DNA of 64,000 nt. Source: Octopus vulgaris. Taxonomy: Eukaryota. The DNA lies in the NCBI GenBank assembly GCA_951406725.2, contig OX597818.1:66092001-66156000 (forward strand). The letters are read 5' to 3'. Made by a program: the position numbers and the translations under genes. The notes under the pieces are model-generated. The model was given only the letters and a program-made list of their open reading frames with translations, was not told the origin of the DNA and made no database searches. Of the stretch, positions 11,138 through 25,775 are shown piece by piece (position 1 is the first letter of the stretch; each line of letters opens with the position of its first letter).

Positions 11138-12472
11138 CTTAGAGGAGGGGGCTGTGTTAAGTCCGTGCGGGATATTAGTCCGTAACTTAAATATAAATCG
11201 TTGTTCCAGGTGAAGCCTGGATTGTGGAGGTCCGTTGTGTGGGGCGAGACCAAACATAGAGATGTCACCTGGGGAATGGTTGGCCAAACGGAAGTGACGG
11301 GTGAGATTTGGAACGTAGCCGAACATCCCTTAGATTTTCGGCGAACCGGTCGGCCAGTCGGCGGCCGGTCTGTCCTACATAAAGCATCCCACAGAGGTTG
11401 CATTTTATGCAGTAAATGAGACCAGACGAAGTGCACATGAAAGAATGTCTAATACGTACAGTTCGCTGGTTGGAGCCGGTGACAGCAGTGATGTTGGTGA
11501 TGAAGGGGCAGGTGTTGCAGCGGGATCTGGAGCACGGCAATGAAACATGTTGGTCTGAGGGGGAAGAGGTGAGGGTGTTACGGACCAGGAGATCGCGTAG
11601 TTTCCGGGATCGTTTGAAGGAGGACAAGGATGGGTTGGGGAAAATGGCACGGGTATTGGGATCGAGCTGGAGACGACGGAAGGCCCGTACTATCCTCTGG
11701 CGAAGAGTTAGGGTGAAGGTGTGGAAAAGAAGGGGAAAGGGGGCGCGGTTAGGGGCTTGGCGAGAGGAAAGAGAAAAGGGCGGTGGTGCGGTTGATTCGA
11801 CGAGCGCGGGCAGGGGCGTTCTGGTCCAGGGTTGGGGGGTATCCTCGATGCCTGAACAAGCGGGCCGGGTACTGGGACTGGGTCTCAAAATCCTGGTCAT
11901 GGCTGCACAATCGTCGGCGGCGGAGGAACTGGGAGTAGGGGATGTCCCGTTTAGTGTGGAAGGAATGGGAAGAGGAGAAATTGAGGTAGAGGTGGGAATC
12001 TGTAGGTTTGAAGAAGGCGGAGATGGTGAGAGAGTGGGAGGGGTGGTCAATGCTAAGAGAGATGTCGAGGAAATTAACAGAGGTATTAGAGATAGTAGAA
12101 GTGAATTGGAGAGAGGTTTGGAAGTTACAGAGGAAAGAGATAAAGTGGCAGAGTTGTTCGCGGGAGGGGGAGGTGGCACCTATGCAGTCGTCTATGTAGC
12201 GACCGTATAGCTCTGGTGTCGGCCCAGAGAATTGGAAGAATGCTTGGGCCTCAATGTAGCCAACAAAGAAATTGGCGAAATTGGGGCCCATTCTCGTTCC
12301 CATCGCGACCCCAGATAATTGTTGGAATGTTTCCCCAGCAAACGTAAAGCAGTTGAGGGTGAGGATGAGCTCTGCCAGGCGGAGAAGGGTGGGGGTGCTG
12401 GGTCAGGGTTCAGGGCGAAGGTCGAGGAAGTATTGGAGGGCTAAGAGTCCGTCGTTGTGGGGAATCACAGTG
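11138..12472 (-). pseudogene. PLE RT plus GIY-YIG endonuclease ORF remnant
   Basis: It is split across ORFs 11749..12303, 11265..12179 and 11135..11326 by frameshifts. Confidence 0.9.
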
Positions 12473-12521
<49 letters not shown>

Positions 12522-13367
12522 CTATACTATACTATACTATACACACACATACAAATAATATATATGTATATTATGAGATAGTATCATACAGATATGTGAA
12601 AGTGCGTATGTGACTGGTGTGCAAGGGTTGTTCATTGAGTGACAATTTATAGACATATGTGCGTGTGTGTGATGAAATATATGTGTGCAAAGGTATATCT
12701 AAAAGAAAAGCAATAAATAAAGAAAGAATGAATGCGAGTGTGTAGAGGGAGACGACGTTTGAGAGAGTGTTTTGTACGTTTGTGTAATGTTTTATCATTG
12801 TATCCATCATAATTTCTCTCTCAACTAACTCTGTCTGTGTTTGTCTGTTGAAATATTAAAATGTCGCCAAATAGATCGTATAAATGATCGAGCTATCGCT
12901 GAGAAGAACATATTTACAACCGTAGGAGGTATTCTACTGATTTTATTTCTATTATTCACATTTATCTTGTCTGATGAGTAGCATATTAAAGAGTTGATAG
13001 GATAGAAATATATATATGCGTTTAATCTTTGCCGACACGTCTATGAAGTGGCGAAAGTTTTTCCTGCTTTGCAGAATGTTCATCAAAATGAAATGTCTGA
13101 AAAAGCAATTGAACGCTGCAGTGTGTATTTTGTTACATTCATTCCTTAGTTGCATAAAGTCTTAACATAATTTTCTCAATTAAAATAATAATCAATCTGT
13201 GATGATTATAGCATGAATATTGGTTATATATGGCACGGATTGTTGAAGTGTTCTTTTATAACTGAACATGTATAAGTAATCTATCGATCGTCAAAACACT
13301 ACGCTGGCCAGGTTCTTGCATGAAGAGCCGATGAGGTTATAGCACGGATTGCACGTACCCCCTCCAC

Positions 13368-13776
13368 TTTTCTCTTTTACTCTTTTACTTGTTTCAGTCA
13401 TTTGACTGCGGCCATGCTGGAGCACCGCCTTTAGTCGTGCAAATCGACCCCGGGACTTATTCTTTGTAAGCCCAGTACTTATTCTATCGGTATCTTTTGC
13501 CGAACCGCTAAGTGACGGGGATGTAAACACACCAGCATCGGTTGTGAAGCAATGCTAGGGGGACAAACACAGACACACAAACATATACACACACAAACAT
13601 ATATATACATATATACGACAAGCTTCTGTCAGTTTCCGTCTACCAAATCCACTCACAAGGCATTAGTCGGCACGGGGCAATAGCAGAAGACACTTGCCCA
13701 AGATTCCACGCAGTGGGACTGAACCCGAAACCATGTGGTTTGTTAGCAAGCTATTTACCTCACAGCCACTCCTTCG

Positions 13777-13780
<4 letters not shown>
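13368..13780 (-). mobile_element. tRNA-derived SINE family A, full length
   Basis: The minus head has an A-box-like TGGCTGTGAGG and a B-box-like GGTTCAGTCCC. The body contains GGGCAAGTGTCTTCT and the tail is (GTAAAAGA)n. It is near-identical to 32190-32608. Confidence 0.85.
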
Positions 13781-13859
<79 letters not shown>

Positions 13860-13866
13860 CCTATAG

Positions 13867-13980
13867 TCTTTTACTTCTTTCAGTTACTTAACTGTCGCTA
13901 TGCTGGTGCACTGCCTCTCGTCGAACAAATCGACTCCAGGACTTATTTATTGCAGGCCTAGGACTTATTCTATCAAACCC
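13867..13980 (-). mobile_element. SINE family A 3' fragment
   Basis: It matches the tail of 13368-13780. Confidence 0.6.
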
Positions 13981-14884
13981 TAGGCCGTGTGGGGCGTAGC
14001 GTACTTTAGCATATCACTTCATCTGACGTTGGTGTATTTTTGTGAATATTTGTAACATCGATCCGTCCTTTATATATCTTGTGTTATCGCATGAACGAAA
14101 AACCCAAAAACATTAAAAACTACTCTATCCAAATCCCTCTAGCATTAAATCTATATCAATGTTTATGTCCAGTGTAACTCTAATAACATCATGATATAAT
14201 TTACAAGCCTTGCTTCAATGAAGTACTGAAGAAAAAAAAACAGCTTGGATTAACATATTTTAGCTATCATGTAATTATTTTAAAAGGCATTTCCAGTTAA
14301 AATTCCTAATATATGCTTTAACTACGAGGAAGTACAACGATTTCCTGTTGTGCTATGGATATCTTTAGTGAAATGCGACATTATACAAAAGTTTGTTCTT
14401 AGTAAAATGCGTGTGCGACTGGTTCCGCATTCCAGAGCTATTATGTAGAAAATGGCAAATAATCATACAGGAACGGCCGTTGAAATTCTTGACTGAATAC
14501 ATTTCACTTACATAGCTAATGCGCTTTAGATATATATATAATAACAACTATTTTCCGTTAAATAATACGTGATCAATTTGATATTTCTACCAAAGTAGGA
14601 ATGTAATATTCCATTTATTGTAGTGAAAACCTCTGTAGAACACGGCGTATCTATCTACATGGAATCTTGGTCACGTCACGAAATTCGTTTAGTTTTTAGT
14701 TACGAATCATTTTCCTCTATTTTCATTTCCAAATTCCATTAACAAGGATGTTGCTACTTCTCCTGTACAACATCTTCGTCGTGTTCTGAAGGAGAGGAAT
14801 TATACATTTGAGTAAAGCATCGCATGGCAACAACTACGAAGACTGCTATGTTATGTAAAACTACGTTGAACTGAACATCCTCAA

Positions 14885-14961
<77 letters not shown>

Positions 14962-15115
14962 CACTACTACTACTACTACTACTGCTGCTGCTGCTACTAC
15001 TACTACTACTACTACTACTACTATTACTACTACTACTACTACCTCCAGCAACGCCACCACCACTGCCTCCACCACCACCAACACCACAACTACTATTACT
15101 ACTACTGCTACTACT
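14885..15115. repeat. (ACT)n/(ACC)n trinucleotide tract
   Basis: Seen by direct inspection. Confidence 0.95.
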
Positions 15116-15179
15116 AGAGGTACTTCTTCGGTGATGATGTTGATGTCGATGCACCTTCTTTTTGTTCTTCGAAGCTTAA

Positions 15180-16070
15180 TGGCGTATGAGAGTTCCCTAT
15201 TTCTGTTCAGAGCTCATTGCATAATAACTGCACCATGCACAGTCTGTTGCGATGCAGGGGTTGGCTAATATCGCACAAACAAGGAAGTTTTTCACAGTAT
15301 TATCTGCACATTCACAGGTAGAACGGCCCGGTCATGTATCCACTTCTGACGATGAAACTTTTGATCATTTCCTTCTCGTTCTCAGCTCGTTGGATCTCTC
15401 CCAAAACTCCCAATGAATCCATGATGTTTTTGAACCAGAAGGGGTGTCTTCAGAAGAAGAGAGTCACATTTGAATTCGACAGAGTCATTCTAAGCTTTTC
15501 CGTCTAGAGCTGTAGCCTGGGTTCCCTCAGATGTTGTGAGATGCCGGATGTATTTGGAAAAGCTTCATCTTGACTTAAGTTAATGGGCCAGAATTTAAAA
15601 TTCATGGAAAAGGTTATATTCATTTCTAGTGGCCATTGTCATCTGGACCCAACTGGTCCCTTCCAGACCGATTGTAGTTTGCACAATGCCAGCAAGGAAA
15701 CGGTACGTGTTTGTGCTAAGGCATTTAAAGATGTCGCTCAACGCTGGCTGAATTCTCGTAGGCTGGGTTGAACATTCTCAGCCAGATGATTCATACTTCA
15801 CAGAGGAATAGAAAAATACTAGAGCAGTCCTGCTCTTACCACAATCCATCATCCAACGCAAATGTACATAGGCAACTCAGTGTCGACCGCAGTTTATTCC
15901 ATTCAAACATTTCAGAAAAAAACAGAGCTATTGTTTTTCTACAAGTATTTTTATATTTCCCAATATACTTGGCTCTTTAAAGGCAAGACATCAGAAGCGA
16001 CTTCTAAGAAGATCCAATATTGCAATGGCAATAGAATTAGATGAAGTTAGAGATGTATATGGATTTTAAA
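15180..16070 (+). mobile_element. Possible very old Tc1-like transposase remnant
   Basis: There are faint matches only: RPGHVSTSDDE resembles RSGRPRxTT, and MEKVIFIS resembles WxxVIFSDE. Many stops and frameshifts are present. Confidence 0.25.
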
Positions 16071-16239
16071 CTATTAAATGCTTCGTTTATTTCAATATTG
16101 TTTTTGCCATTTTTTCAATAAATATATTTTTATATGTTTCTGTCTTTCTTTTTTTATTTGATTCAGTGATCATATTGCAGCAATTGTCAGGCACCAGGCT
16201 CAATATTTTCACTTAATAGAAGGAATCGTAACGAGTTCT

Positions 16240-16495
16240 TGTTATTTAAAGTCTGGTAACTATTTGTCAGTCTCTTTTGCCGAGCCGTTAATCTTACGGG
16301 CACTTACACAAAACAACACTGTTTATGAAGCGGTACTATATACATATTTTCAATTTCCGTCCACCAAATCCACTCGCAAGGCGTTGGTCGGCCCTGGACT
16401 ATGGTAGAAGACATTTGCCGATGGTGACACACAGCTAGACTGAACCAGGAAATACCTGGTTCGGGAGCAAACGTCTTACCATAGAGCCACGTCTG
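16240..16495 (-). mobile_element. Degenerate SINE family A
   Basis: It contains ccaccaaatccactcgcaaggc...agaagacatttgcc...tgaacc. Confidence 0.65.
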
Positions 16496-16589
16496 TTCTT
16501 GTTAACCGATATCTCAATGAAAAAAGAATGCTCTATTCCAGACTTTAAACAACGGGTCATACACGAGTATCTCGATGTATAATAGTCCA

Positions 16590-16765
16590 TTCTTCTATAG
16601 GTCGAATTTTTTTGAAACTGGAATAGTCAGTGACATCGAATGGTACTTATTTTCTCATCTTGGAAAGTATAAGACACAAATTCGACCTCGGCAGAATCAG
16701 AACTCAGAACGTAAAGCGTGACGAAATGCCACAAAGCATTTTTGCCCGGCATGCTAACGATTCTC
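16590..16765 (-). mobile_element. SINE family B (degenerate)
   Basis: The sequence ggtacttatt...tcgacctcggcagaat..gaactcagaacgta...gacgaaatgcc matches 48317-48549. Confidence 0.65.
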
Positions 16766-17039
16766 TCTATATATAATGGTAGATGATATAATTGTTTGTT
16801 GGTTGTTTGAGTTCTGTAGTCACGCCTTACATAAGAGAGCACGAAGGCGATGGTAATAGAGAGATACAAATTTGATATAGCATGTGCAGGACGAGTGTAC
16901 TCAATAGGTGGCAGTAATTCGTCAGCTTAGAATTGTGAAAACAGACTTGATTCCAATACACGGGAAATCATTAAAACACAAATCATTTTCAAGGTAAATA
17001 TCGGTTTCAAATGTTGGCACAAGATCAGGTAATATGCGT

Positions 17040-17212
17040 CTGTGGTAAGTCGATTATATCTATTCTTGTGCTCAACTGGTACTTATTTTATTGACGCTGA
17101 TTAGATGAAAGATAAACTCAATCCCGGCGGTATTTGAAGTCAGCACGTAAGGACGGATGAAATACATCTAAGCACTTTGCTCGTCGGGCTGGCGTTTCTG
17201 CCAACTTGCCAC
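17040..17212 (-). mobile_element. SINE family B (degenerate)
   Basis: It contains agtcgattatatc...aactggtacttatttta...gatgaaaga...ggcggtatttgaa...ttctgccaacttgcc. Confidence 0.65.
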
Positions 17213-19532
17213 GATACTTTGAAAAGGTAAATATAAACAAATGGTGACTAATCGCTTGCTACCGGTGCAGTTCGGGTTTCTGGAACAATAGTGGTTTATT
17301 CACGTTGAAGGTTGTAACTTTTTCCAATATTGAAATTCGAGAAAGTGAAAAAAAAAAAAAAAATTATAGTTTACGGCTAGCAACTGCAGTTGTTATGTAT
17401 ACGATTAAAACTCCAAATTTAGGGAATGGAACAGGTAAAATCGAGACTCTATGATTCGTAGCTACCAGAACCTCAAAAGTAGTAATTACACAATTACTCC
17501 CCTGCCTACTCATCAGACCGAAGATACCTTTGATATATGAAAGTTGCATTGTCGTCAACAGAACCCAGGAGATTCGCAGATTTGTTCAAAAATAAGTGGA
17601 AAGCAGAGATTGAAAGAACAAAAAAGGGAAAAAAAAGATGTGAATGAAGAAAGAATATATGGGAGTTGGCGAATGCCTGATGTTGTTAAGAAAAAGAATA
17701 AGAATAAATAAAAGGAGAGAGGGGAGAGTAGGTGGGAAATTTTCATAATATTTAAGCTGGCTAGAAACGTTTGCGAATATAGGCGGGGGTCATTTACTGT
17801 GTCTTCTCTAAATAAAGAGATAAAAAAATATATTGTCGCAGCCATTTAAACAGAGGTAAAGAAAAAGTAACGGGAAAGAATGTGAGGAGGAAGAGGAGGA
17901 GAGAAAGAGAGGATTTCAGAGTAGTGATAAGTTGCAATTGGTTAGAATGGAGGGAGAAAGAGAGGGAGGTAGGAGATAATGTTTCTGATGAATAGGAAAC
18001 TTGGTAGCTGTAGGTAAGTTGGTAATTCATATGTTTGTGTGTGTGTGTGTGTGCGCGCGCGCGCGAGGGTGTGTGCGTGTGCGTGCGTGTGTGTGTGTGT
18101 GTGTGTATATCATGAGTTATGTAGGTGGCTTCCATTATTTGTGAAACCTAGCTGCTACTATGAACAAGAAAGAAAATGGAGAAATTAAGGCTAGGAAAAA
18201 CTGTTGAGATATTACTGAGCAGGTGCTGCGGATTGAAGTATTGACACTTACATCTCGGTGGCCATTGGTGGAACTTAAATGAGAACAAAGAAATGGATAG
18301 TCAGTACGAAACAGAAGTATGCTTTAAGTATGTCGAGCAACGAAAATTGTAATATTAAACACATCTACCATTCTATATTACAGCGTGTATGGTGACGGTA
18401 GACATTTTTTCTTTAACAGATTCCTTAAATGTAATAGTTTGGGCTTCTATTCAGATATGATTTATCTTCTTTTGAATGATATCGTAATTCCGTTATTCCA
18501 AGACTTGAATATTTAATATTTCTGATGTTGCATCGTTTCGTTAGATTTTACTCACTCCGCGTTCAGCCACGTTATTCAGAGTTCAAATATAAAACGGCCT
18601 TAGCTAAAATGGCTTTTAGCTATATGAACGTTGTTATTGGATTATGAAATACACCGTACTCTTATAAAAGCTGTAACTGCATTTAAGGAGACATCTAAAA
18701 TTGTTAACATACTTAATCGTAAGCTTTGGACTTTGTTCAAAAACACTGTACATAGCTGGGTTTGTTGTTTCAGTAGTCAATACATCTTTAATAGCACGGA
18801 AAACCATTGCAGTTGTAGCAACACTTAGCTCTTCTTTCAAGCAAACTTTAGATATTTCCGGAACGTGAGAGAAAAAAAATGTCAGTTTCATAAGGATACG
18901 ATATCAAAATGAATTACAATAATACAGATCTCGCAAAGTTGAATTCGTGAAAATATCGAGATTAAAAACGATAGATGGTCAACAGCTTCATAAGGATTCT
19001 TTAAAATTGCTCGAATCATAAATCGATTAATTATAGATATATTAATATAAATATCGAAAAATATTCTACAATATAAACTATTTCGATGTTCGCAATTGAA
19101 ACAAAATTAAATAGCCATCAAGCTTAATCTAAACACACCTTTCAAAGGTATGAAGGGCAAAATGCGTCTGATATTAAATACCACCATAGGATTTTCAAGG
19201 AGGTCCATGCATTAAGAGAGGCATTTTAATCTAATTTAATAGTAAATTCAATGGAATGAGTAAAGTAAATTTTCTGTGGTGAGTGGATATTCCAGCGGTT
19301 CTGAGAAACTCCTTCTTCAGAGAAAAGTTTGCAGGAGAGAAATTAATCAAAGACAGCAAAATATCACATTTGAGTTAGAAGAACTGGGTGCAAGAAAGGG
19401 TCCTGATATTTTTGATTTTTCCACTCCCCATCAGACGTGAAGTTTATTGTGTTTATCGATTTTAAACGATAATACAATTATTTCCGATACACACCAACAG
19501 CAGCCTTTTTCAACTCTGATTCAATGTGTGTA

Positions 19533-19604
<72 letters not shown>

Positions 19605-19609
19605 CATAC

Positions 19610-19654
<45 letters not shown>

Positions 19655-19707
19655 CATACATACATACATATATACATACATACATGTATACATACATACA
19701 CACACAC

Positions 19708-19790
<83 letters not shown>

Positions 19791-21622
19791 TAGAAAGAAA
19801 GATAAAAATACAGTGTACATTTAAACACATAAGCGATGACAAATAATAGGACATCTGACTCGCTAGAAAGAGCAGTAAAACTCCAAGCCACTAATATTTG
19901 TAATTCTGAAAGGGCGTGAAAAATAAAAACATTTATCCTATTTTTCCTGGACTATGCATAGTTTCTGCAATCTTATATAAATGAAAATGAGATAATTTTA
20001 ATTTACATTTTAATTAATGATAAAAGGTTACATATATGTATATATAGATAGATAGAAAGATAGATAGATACATACATACATAAATGCATACATACATGCA
20101 TATCACAGTATCGAAGAGAATATTGGATGTTCTTATATGTCTCTTTGCAACGTTTAATGTTTCCAATGATGCAACGCTGCTTTATAGCATTTACCTCATT
20201 GGGGGCCTCTTCCGTCTCAGGTGTACACATTTTCAGCCATGACGACCGGAGCAACAAAGCCTGGAGAGTTTTGTTTAAGCAAACAATGCGTGGTCCGGTA
20301 TGGAAATTGAACCCATGGTGTAAAGATTGTGGGTATAACATCCTAATCACTAGACCACACCTACTCCCACATGCACCCCACACACAGAGGCACAAGCATA
20401 CATACATATATACATACACATAGACACAAACATGCACAACCATAAAGGCACAAACATACATACAGACATACATACATAAACATAGACACAAAGGCACACC
20501 TATACATACACATTTAACCCGCATGCATACGCACACACAAAGATGCAAACATACATACACGCACACACATAAAGGCATAACTTACATACATATACACCAC
20601 ACACATACAAATATACATACAGATACAAAGGCAGAAACATAAACACACGTACACATACAAAGCACAAACATACATACACACACAACACACACATACAAAC
20701 ACATATATTTGACTTGAAATACATTCCATGTATCGAATCCCTTTTCATTCGCCGATACCACCAGCTTCCTTGATAATGTCAAGGCATCCCTTAGAGCGTG
20801 AAATAGATGTTTAGTGGATTTCCATCCTTTGTCACATGCTTCTAAGCCGATATGCTGTAAAGGAGCGCATTACACAACACGTACACACAACCGCATACGC
20901 CTATAAATGCGAGCTTATTTCCACTGTTCCCGACGAGCGCGTTGTCAAAAGTGAATTAATATTTGTGTAGCAATTGCTATCATATTCAATTAGTAAATCT
21001 ATCATAAATCAGATTAACATGATTTGTGATTTATCTGCAGTGTATATAGTTTAATGTCCACAAGGATTGCGTGTTAATTGTTGATTACTCATCGAATTAA
21101 TCTCGCTCTCCGCATAAAATCCCCTTATTTCGAATATCATTGAAATACCTATTAAGCAGGATTGAAATTTGAATACATGGTTCTATACATGGAAGCTGTT
21201 GAACGTTTAGAGATATTTATTTGTAAACGCATGCATGAAAGTCTTGGAAGTCGGACATCAATTAAATGTGTTTTGCTTTGCGTAGATCAAATGACAATTG
21301 TAGTGGGTTCTGAAGAAATACGTTGGATAAAACATAAACCACAATTGATATATTGTTGTAATTCGATAGGTCCCTTATCGGAGAGTTTTCGAACAAAACT
21401 GAATGTAAATATGAGAGATAATAAATGATTCATTATCGTTCATTGATGATTCGATCTATTGGCAACATTTTCGCGGCAAATGAAACAACAGAGAAATGTT
21501 GACACAGCCATAAACTGAAATTCTAGAGAAAGAAAAATACGAGATAAATTGTGCATCAAGTATACGTGTGTGCATTTGGGTGTGTCTGCGTGTGTGTGTA
21601 TGCATGTCTATATGTACATATA

Positions 21623-21673
<51 letters not shown>

Positions 21674-22227
21674 CAGATGTGAATGTGTTTACATACATAT
21701 ATATCGTTTGTGTTTACATATATCTATATATATATATATATGTCGTTTAGTAAAACAGAAGAGTTGTACGCAACATGGAATATGAGCTAGAAAGTTGGTG
21801 GGAGGAGGACATAATTGATAATATAAGCAGCAGCAGCAGTGTTATGGATTGATAATGGAGTCAGCCTGTTTAAGTTAAATTGAATTAACCAACGGTAGCA
21901 ACGTTTAAAAGTACAATTGTGATTTATGCCTAATTAATTAAAATATTTTACTGTTTTCTCAAAATGAAAATCCCCCATGGTAAACGTATGCTTCTCATTC
22001 TCGTGAATTTAATAAAAATAAATGGAGCACTTAACATAAAATAGATTTAATTTTACTGAGAGTATATCAAATATTAAATACATTTGCCTTAGTTCCAGTT
22101 GAAATGAAAGAATTTCCCATTAAAAAACGCACAATTGTTGTAAGAAAATATTCAATAATTAAGTTACAAAATTCACTGAATGAAACATAAATTGAAATAT
22201 AGTTGCATATTTAGATAAAATATCACC

Positions 22228-22231
22228 ATTA

Positions 22232-22318
<87 letters not shown>
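22228..22318. repeat. (ATT)n microsatellite
   Basis: Seen by direct inspection. Confidence 0.95.
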
Positions 22319-24386
22319 GCTCTTCACTGACGAATTAGATATAAACATAAAATTAAAATAAAAACATGTCCTTTTGATTAACACTCAGCAATCGAATTTT
22401 TTCCAAACCATATTGAAAATATGGAACAAACTGGTTGGATATTAAAATTTCATGACACATTGAAAGAAGTCTACCATATTAAATACGACGGCGACAACGA
22501 CGACGATGACGCTGATAATAATAAATCTAATATGATGGTTATAAAGGGGATGTTTTTAGGAGGATAATATGTGTTTTAGTGCTGACTGATGTGTATTCCA
22601 GTGATTGATATGGGGGTAATTACGACATCTGCATGAGAAATGTTCGTAAGTTTTTTCTAGTTAAGCCTCTTATTTATTGTTGTATTTAAAACAATAATTA
22701 AAGATACTGGATATGAAGTATATTATTCATTGACGGGTTGATGGTTTATTTCAATTATTCTATGTTTATTTTAACATTTAATTGAAAGTCATTACGTCAT
22801 TGCGTTGGTTTATACCTGGAAGCAGCACCTCATTCTATATTTCTGTTTCCTTCAAATCCAAACCACATGTAACATATTCTGCATCAACGCCACCCTGGGA
22901 ATAACAAATGCATTACTTTCACGTGATTGGTCACTGAAGTCACTCAAGTTGGCGAATTTCGGTAACATTACATATGTCGGCTTTCTGCATCGCTCTGACC
23001 GAGATCTCCAAGCTTCCATGCAGGAAATAATGGTTTGTTGGTGAAATAAATTTCTTTACAGACGCTGCTACTCTTATCGCTAACCATTCAACCTTGAGCT
23101 GGCAATAGTAACTGTCGTGTTTAGTGAAACGATTTGATGAATCTGGTTGTTGTGCATCAACCGTGATTCAAGCATTGCCGACATTCGAGGCAACGCTACT
23201 TTATTATTACATATTTTGATTATTTAGATTTCCGAACCAACATTGACAATTATTGGATGCCTACACAGATTAGGCATTCTTTATCGATATGATAATATTG
23301 TTTAACGTAGTTATTTATTCATTACTATTTTTACTGTGCATATCCAGACATTATTTCAATATATAATGGAACATTAAGGCGATGCATTGACAAAACGGTT
23401 ACCCGTTTATTTTCCTTAAAATACATTCATTATGAGATCAAATAGCAATGCAATTGTATTTGCCTTTCTCATATCGGGACTCCGAACCAAATGCCAAATG
23501 TGGAGTTGGCAACATTGTAACAGTATCGAAAACAGTGAGCAATCGTTATTGAATCGGGACAAATCTTCAGCGACATGTTTACGAATTTTAAGTTCTGTAT
23601 TCAAATTCTCCCGAGGTCAGCTTATGCTTTTTATATTTCAGGGTCGATGAAATAAATCCAGTCAAATTTTTGAGTGAAAGTTATCGATGCCTAATCCAAG
23701 AATAATATGAGGCCTTGTAGTGTTATTAGAAACCAGTATTGGTGCATGGAACCGGTGGAGGTGTGCGCTATAGGTTTCTTATTGTGCATTCAAACTGGAT
23801 TCTTGTCCATCAATGACAGCGATGTCACAAAGCATTGGAAGTATGACATTCTCGGTTCAGTTTCATCATTTGCAACCACCAATTCCAGGTCTAAGGAAGA
23901 ATTTCATCTGGGGATTTTATTTCGAGAAAAGAAAAGAAAAATTTGTTATTGCTCCACATCTTTTATCTTTTAACTTTTACTCGATTAATAAGTACCATAA
24001 ACAGACTGGGGTCGATGTAATCCACTTAGGCAATAGTAGGGCATTAATGAAAGCCGTTACCTTGTTCCAATATTGGAAAGGGTCATAAATCAAACCTTAC
24101 TATATCTATCTGTCTCTTTATTAATCAATTTATCACTGGTTGCGTGTGTGTTTGCGCGCGCGCACGCGGTGGTGTGTATAGGAACATGCTTGCGCTATGC
24201 TAAGACGATTTCTTCCATCCACATGGTTCCAGGTTCAGTCGCACCGCGTGGTACCTTTTGCATCGACGCCTACACTTGACACTGGCCAACTAGAAACTTT
24301 GAGACCATAGAATGAATATCATAGACGGAAACTGAAAGCATTCCTTTGCACATGCGCTTGTATATATGTATATATATATATATAAA

Positions 24387-24450
<64 letters not shown>

Positions 24451-24542
24451 CAAACATACACACATATGTACACAGATCACATACATATAAATATACACAC
24501 ATATACATGTATGATATATGTAAATATATATATATTATATAT

Positions 24543-24599
<57 letters not shown>

Positions 24600-24603
<4 letters not shown>

Positions 24604-24837
24604 AAAAGCAATTAAGATTCAAGTCAATTCTAATGAATTTACTTGAATACGGTACTTAACTTAGATGCACCAGAAAACTATATGGTGTTAACCATACAGT
24701 AATGTGGGGTGATTATAAACGAGAGAGAAGCAACAAGAATGGATTAGGTTTTAGTACAATTGTTTCATGTACAATTGTTTGTACAATCTTTGTATGAAAC
24801 AATTGTACTAAAAACTAATCCATTCTTGTTGCTTCTT

Positions 24838-24840
<3 letters not shown>
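24600..24840. mobile_element. Fold-back PLE-type terminus with HHR 3' half
   Basis: Arms are about 24726-24768 and 24794-24836. The right arm begins AU-GAAAC-AAUU-GUA, and the spacer contains reiterated gtacaattgttt pieces. It lies between (TA)n tracts. Confidence 0.55.
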
Positions 24841-24906
<66 letters not shown>

Positions 24907-25049
24907 GCTAGAAGGAGCAGTGAAAATCTAAAACAACGGTTAGGAGTAATTTCGAAGGGAATGAAAAGTAAAACCATTTACCATAAGTTGTTATTGGACC
25001 ATGGTTTCAAAATTTTATTAGCAAATAAGATATTTTTCTAGTCGCACAA

Positions 25050-25495
25050 CTCCACTTAACAATGAAGCCTTCGACGCCATCCATCAGAACACTCCTCTAC
25101 TGGAAAGGGACCACAGAATAAATTTGATCCTCTAAACGCACACCATATTAAGGAGCGGAAGGCAACCCAATTCTATGAAGAACCTCCAAACACAAGCCTA
25201 AGCGGACTCGACAACAATTCTGAAGCCGTCATATAAAAAATGCGGAACACCTAACTGTGGTATGTGCATCGACCTAATTGATGGATCTGAGTTCCCTTTC
25301 AAACGGGGTGAACGTTTTACAGTGAAAAACAACTTTATATATGCTTCGAAAAGCTTATTAATATATTAAGTTGCATGGGGCGTCGAGAGAAATACACAGA
25401 CGAAACAAAAAACAGTCTACGGCAATGGATGACTCTACATAGATCGCAGATCAAAATTCGGGAATACAGAAAAATAGCATTCAGATAAAAGATCG

Positions 25496-25526
<31 letters not shown>

Positions 25527-25736
25527 CTTCTTCTTCTTCTTCTTCTTCTTCTTCTTCTTCTTCTTCTTCTTCTTCTTCTTCTTCTTCTTCTTCTTCTTCC
25601 TCGTCTTCCCCTTCGCCGCCTCCTTCCTTGGCTACTGCTGCTTAAACAATCGAATCCAAGACCTCACATCCCTCATATCGAATATTCTTTTAGGACTGCT
25701 ACTACCTTCTACTTACTACCAATCCTTCACAAGAGT

Positions 25737-25775
<39 letters not shown>

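Larger units (their letters stand above)
10028..12474 (-). mobile_element. Penelope-like retroelement (Neptune-like), 5'-truncated and frameshifted
   Basis: RT motifs are GVAMGTRMGPNFANFFV and YGRYIDD. A Cys linker PCSRSRCNTC precedes the GIY-YIG segment LIYCIKCNLCGMLYVGQTGRRLADRF, and the ORF ends EQRFIFKLRT..PHGLN. A CA-rich 3' UTR and terminal HHR follow, and both ends abut (TA)n. Confidence 0.92.

Noticed and set aside
11416-12210. 264-aa plus-strand ORF
   Set aside because: It is the antisense shadow of the GC-rich PLE RT/endonuclease on the minus strand.
12971-12977. CUGAUGA as a hammerhead core (also CUGACGA at 15346 and CUGAUGA at 5075)
   Set aside because: None has a compatible stem II, GAAA and stem I arrangement. 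The 5075 instance is the FADD codon sequence of the LINE RT.
14861-15154. Poly-Ser/Gly and poly-Val ORFs
   Set aside because: They are translations of the (ACT)n/(ACC)n tract, with no supporting unique coding sequence.
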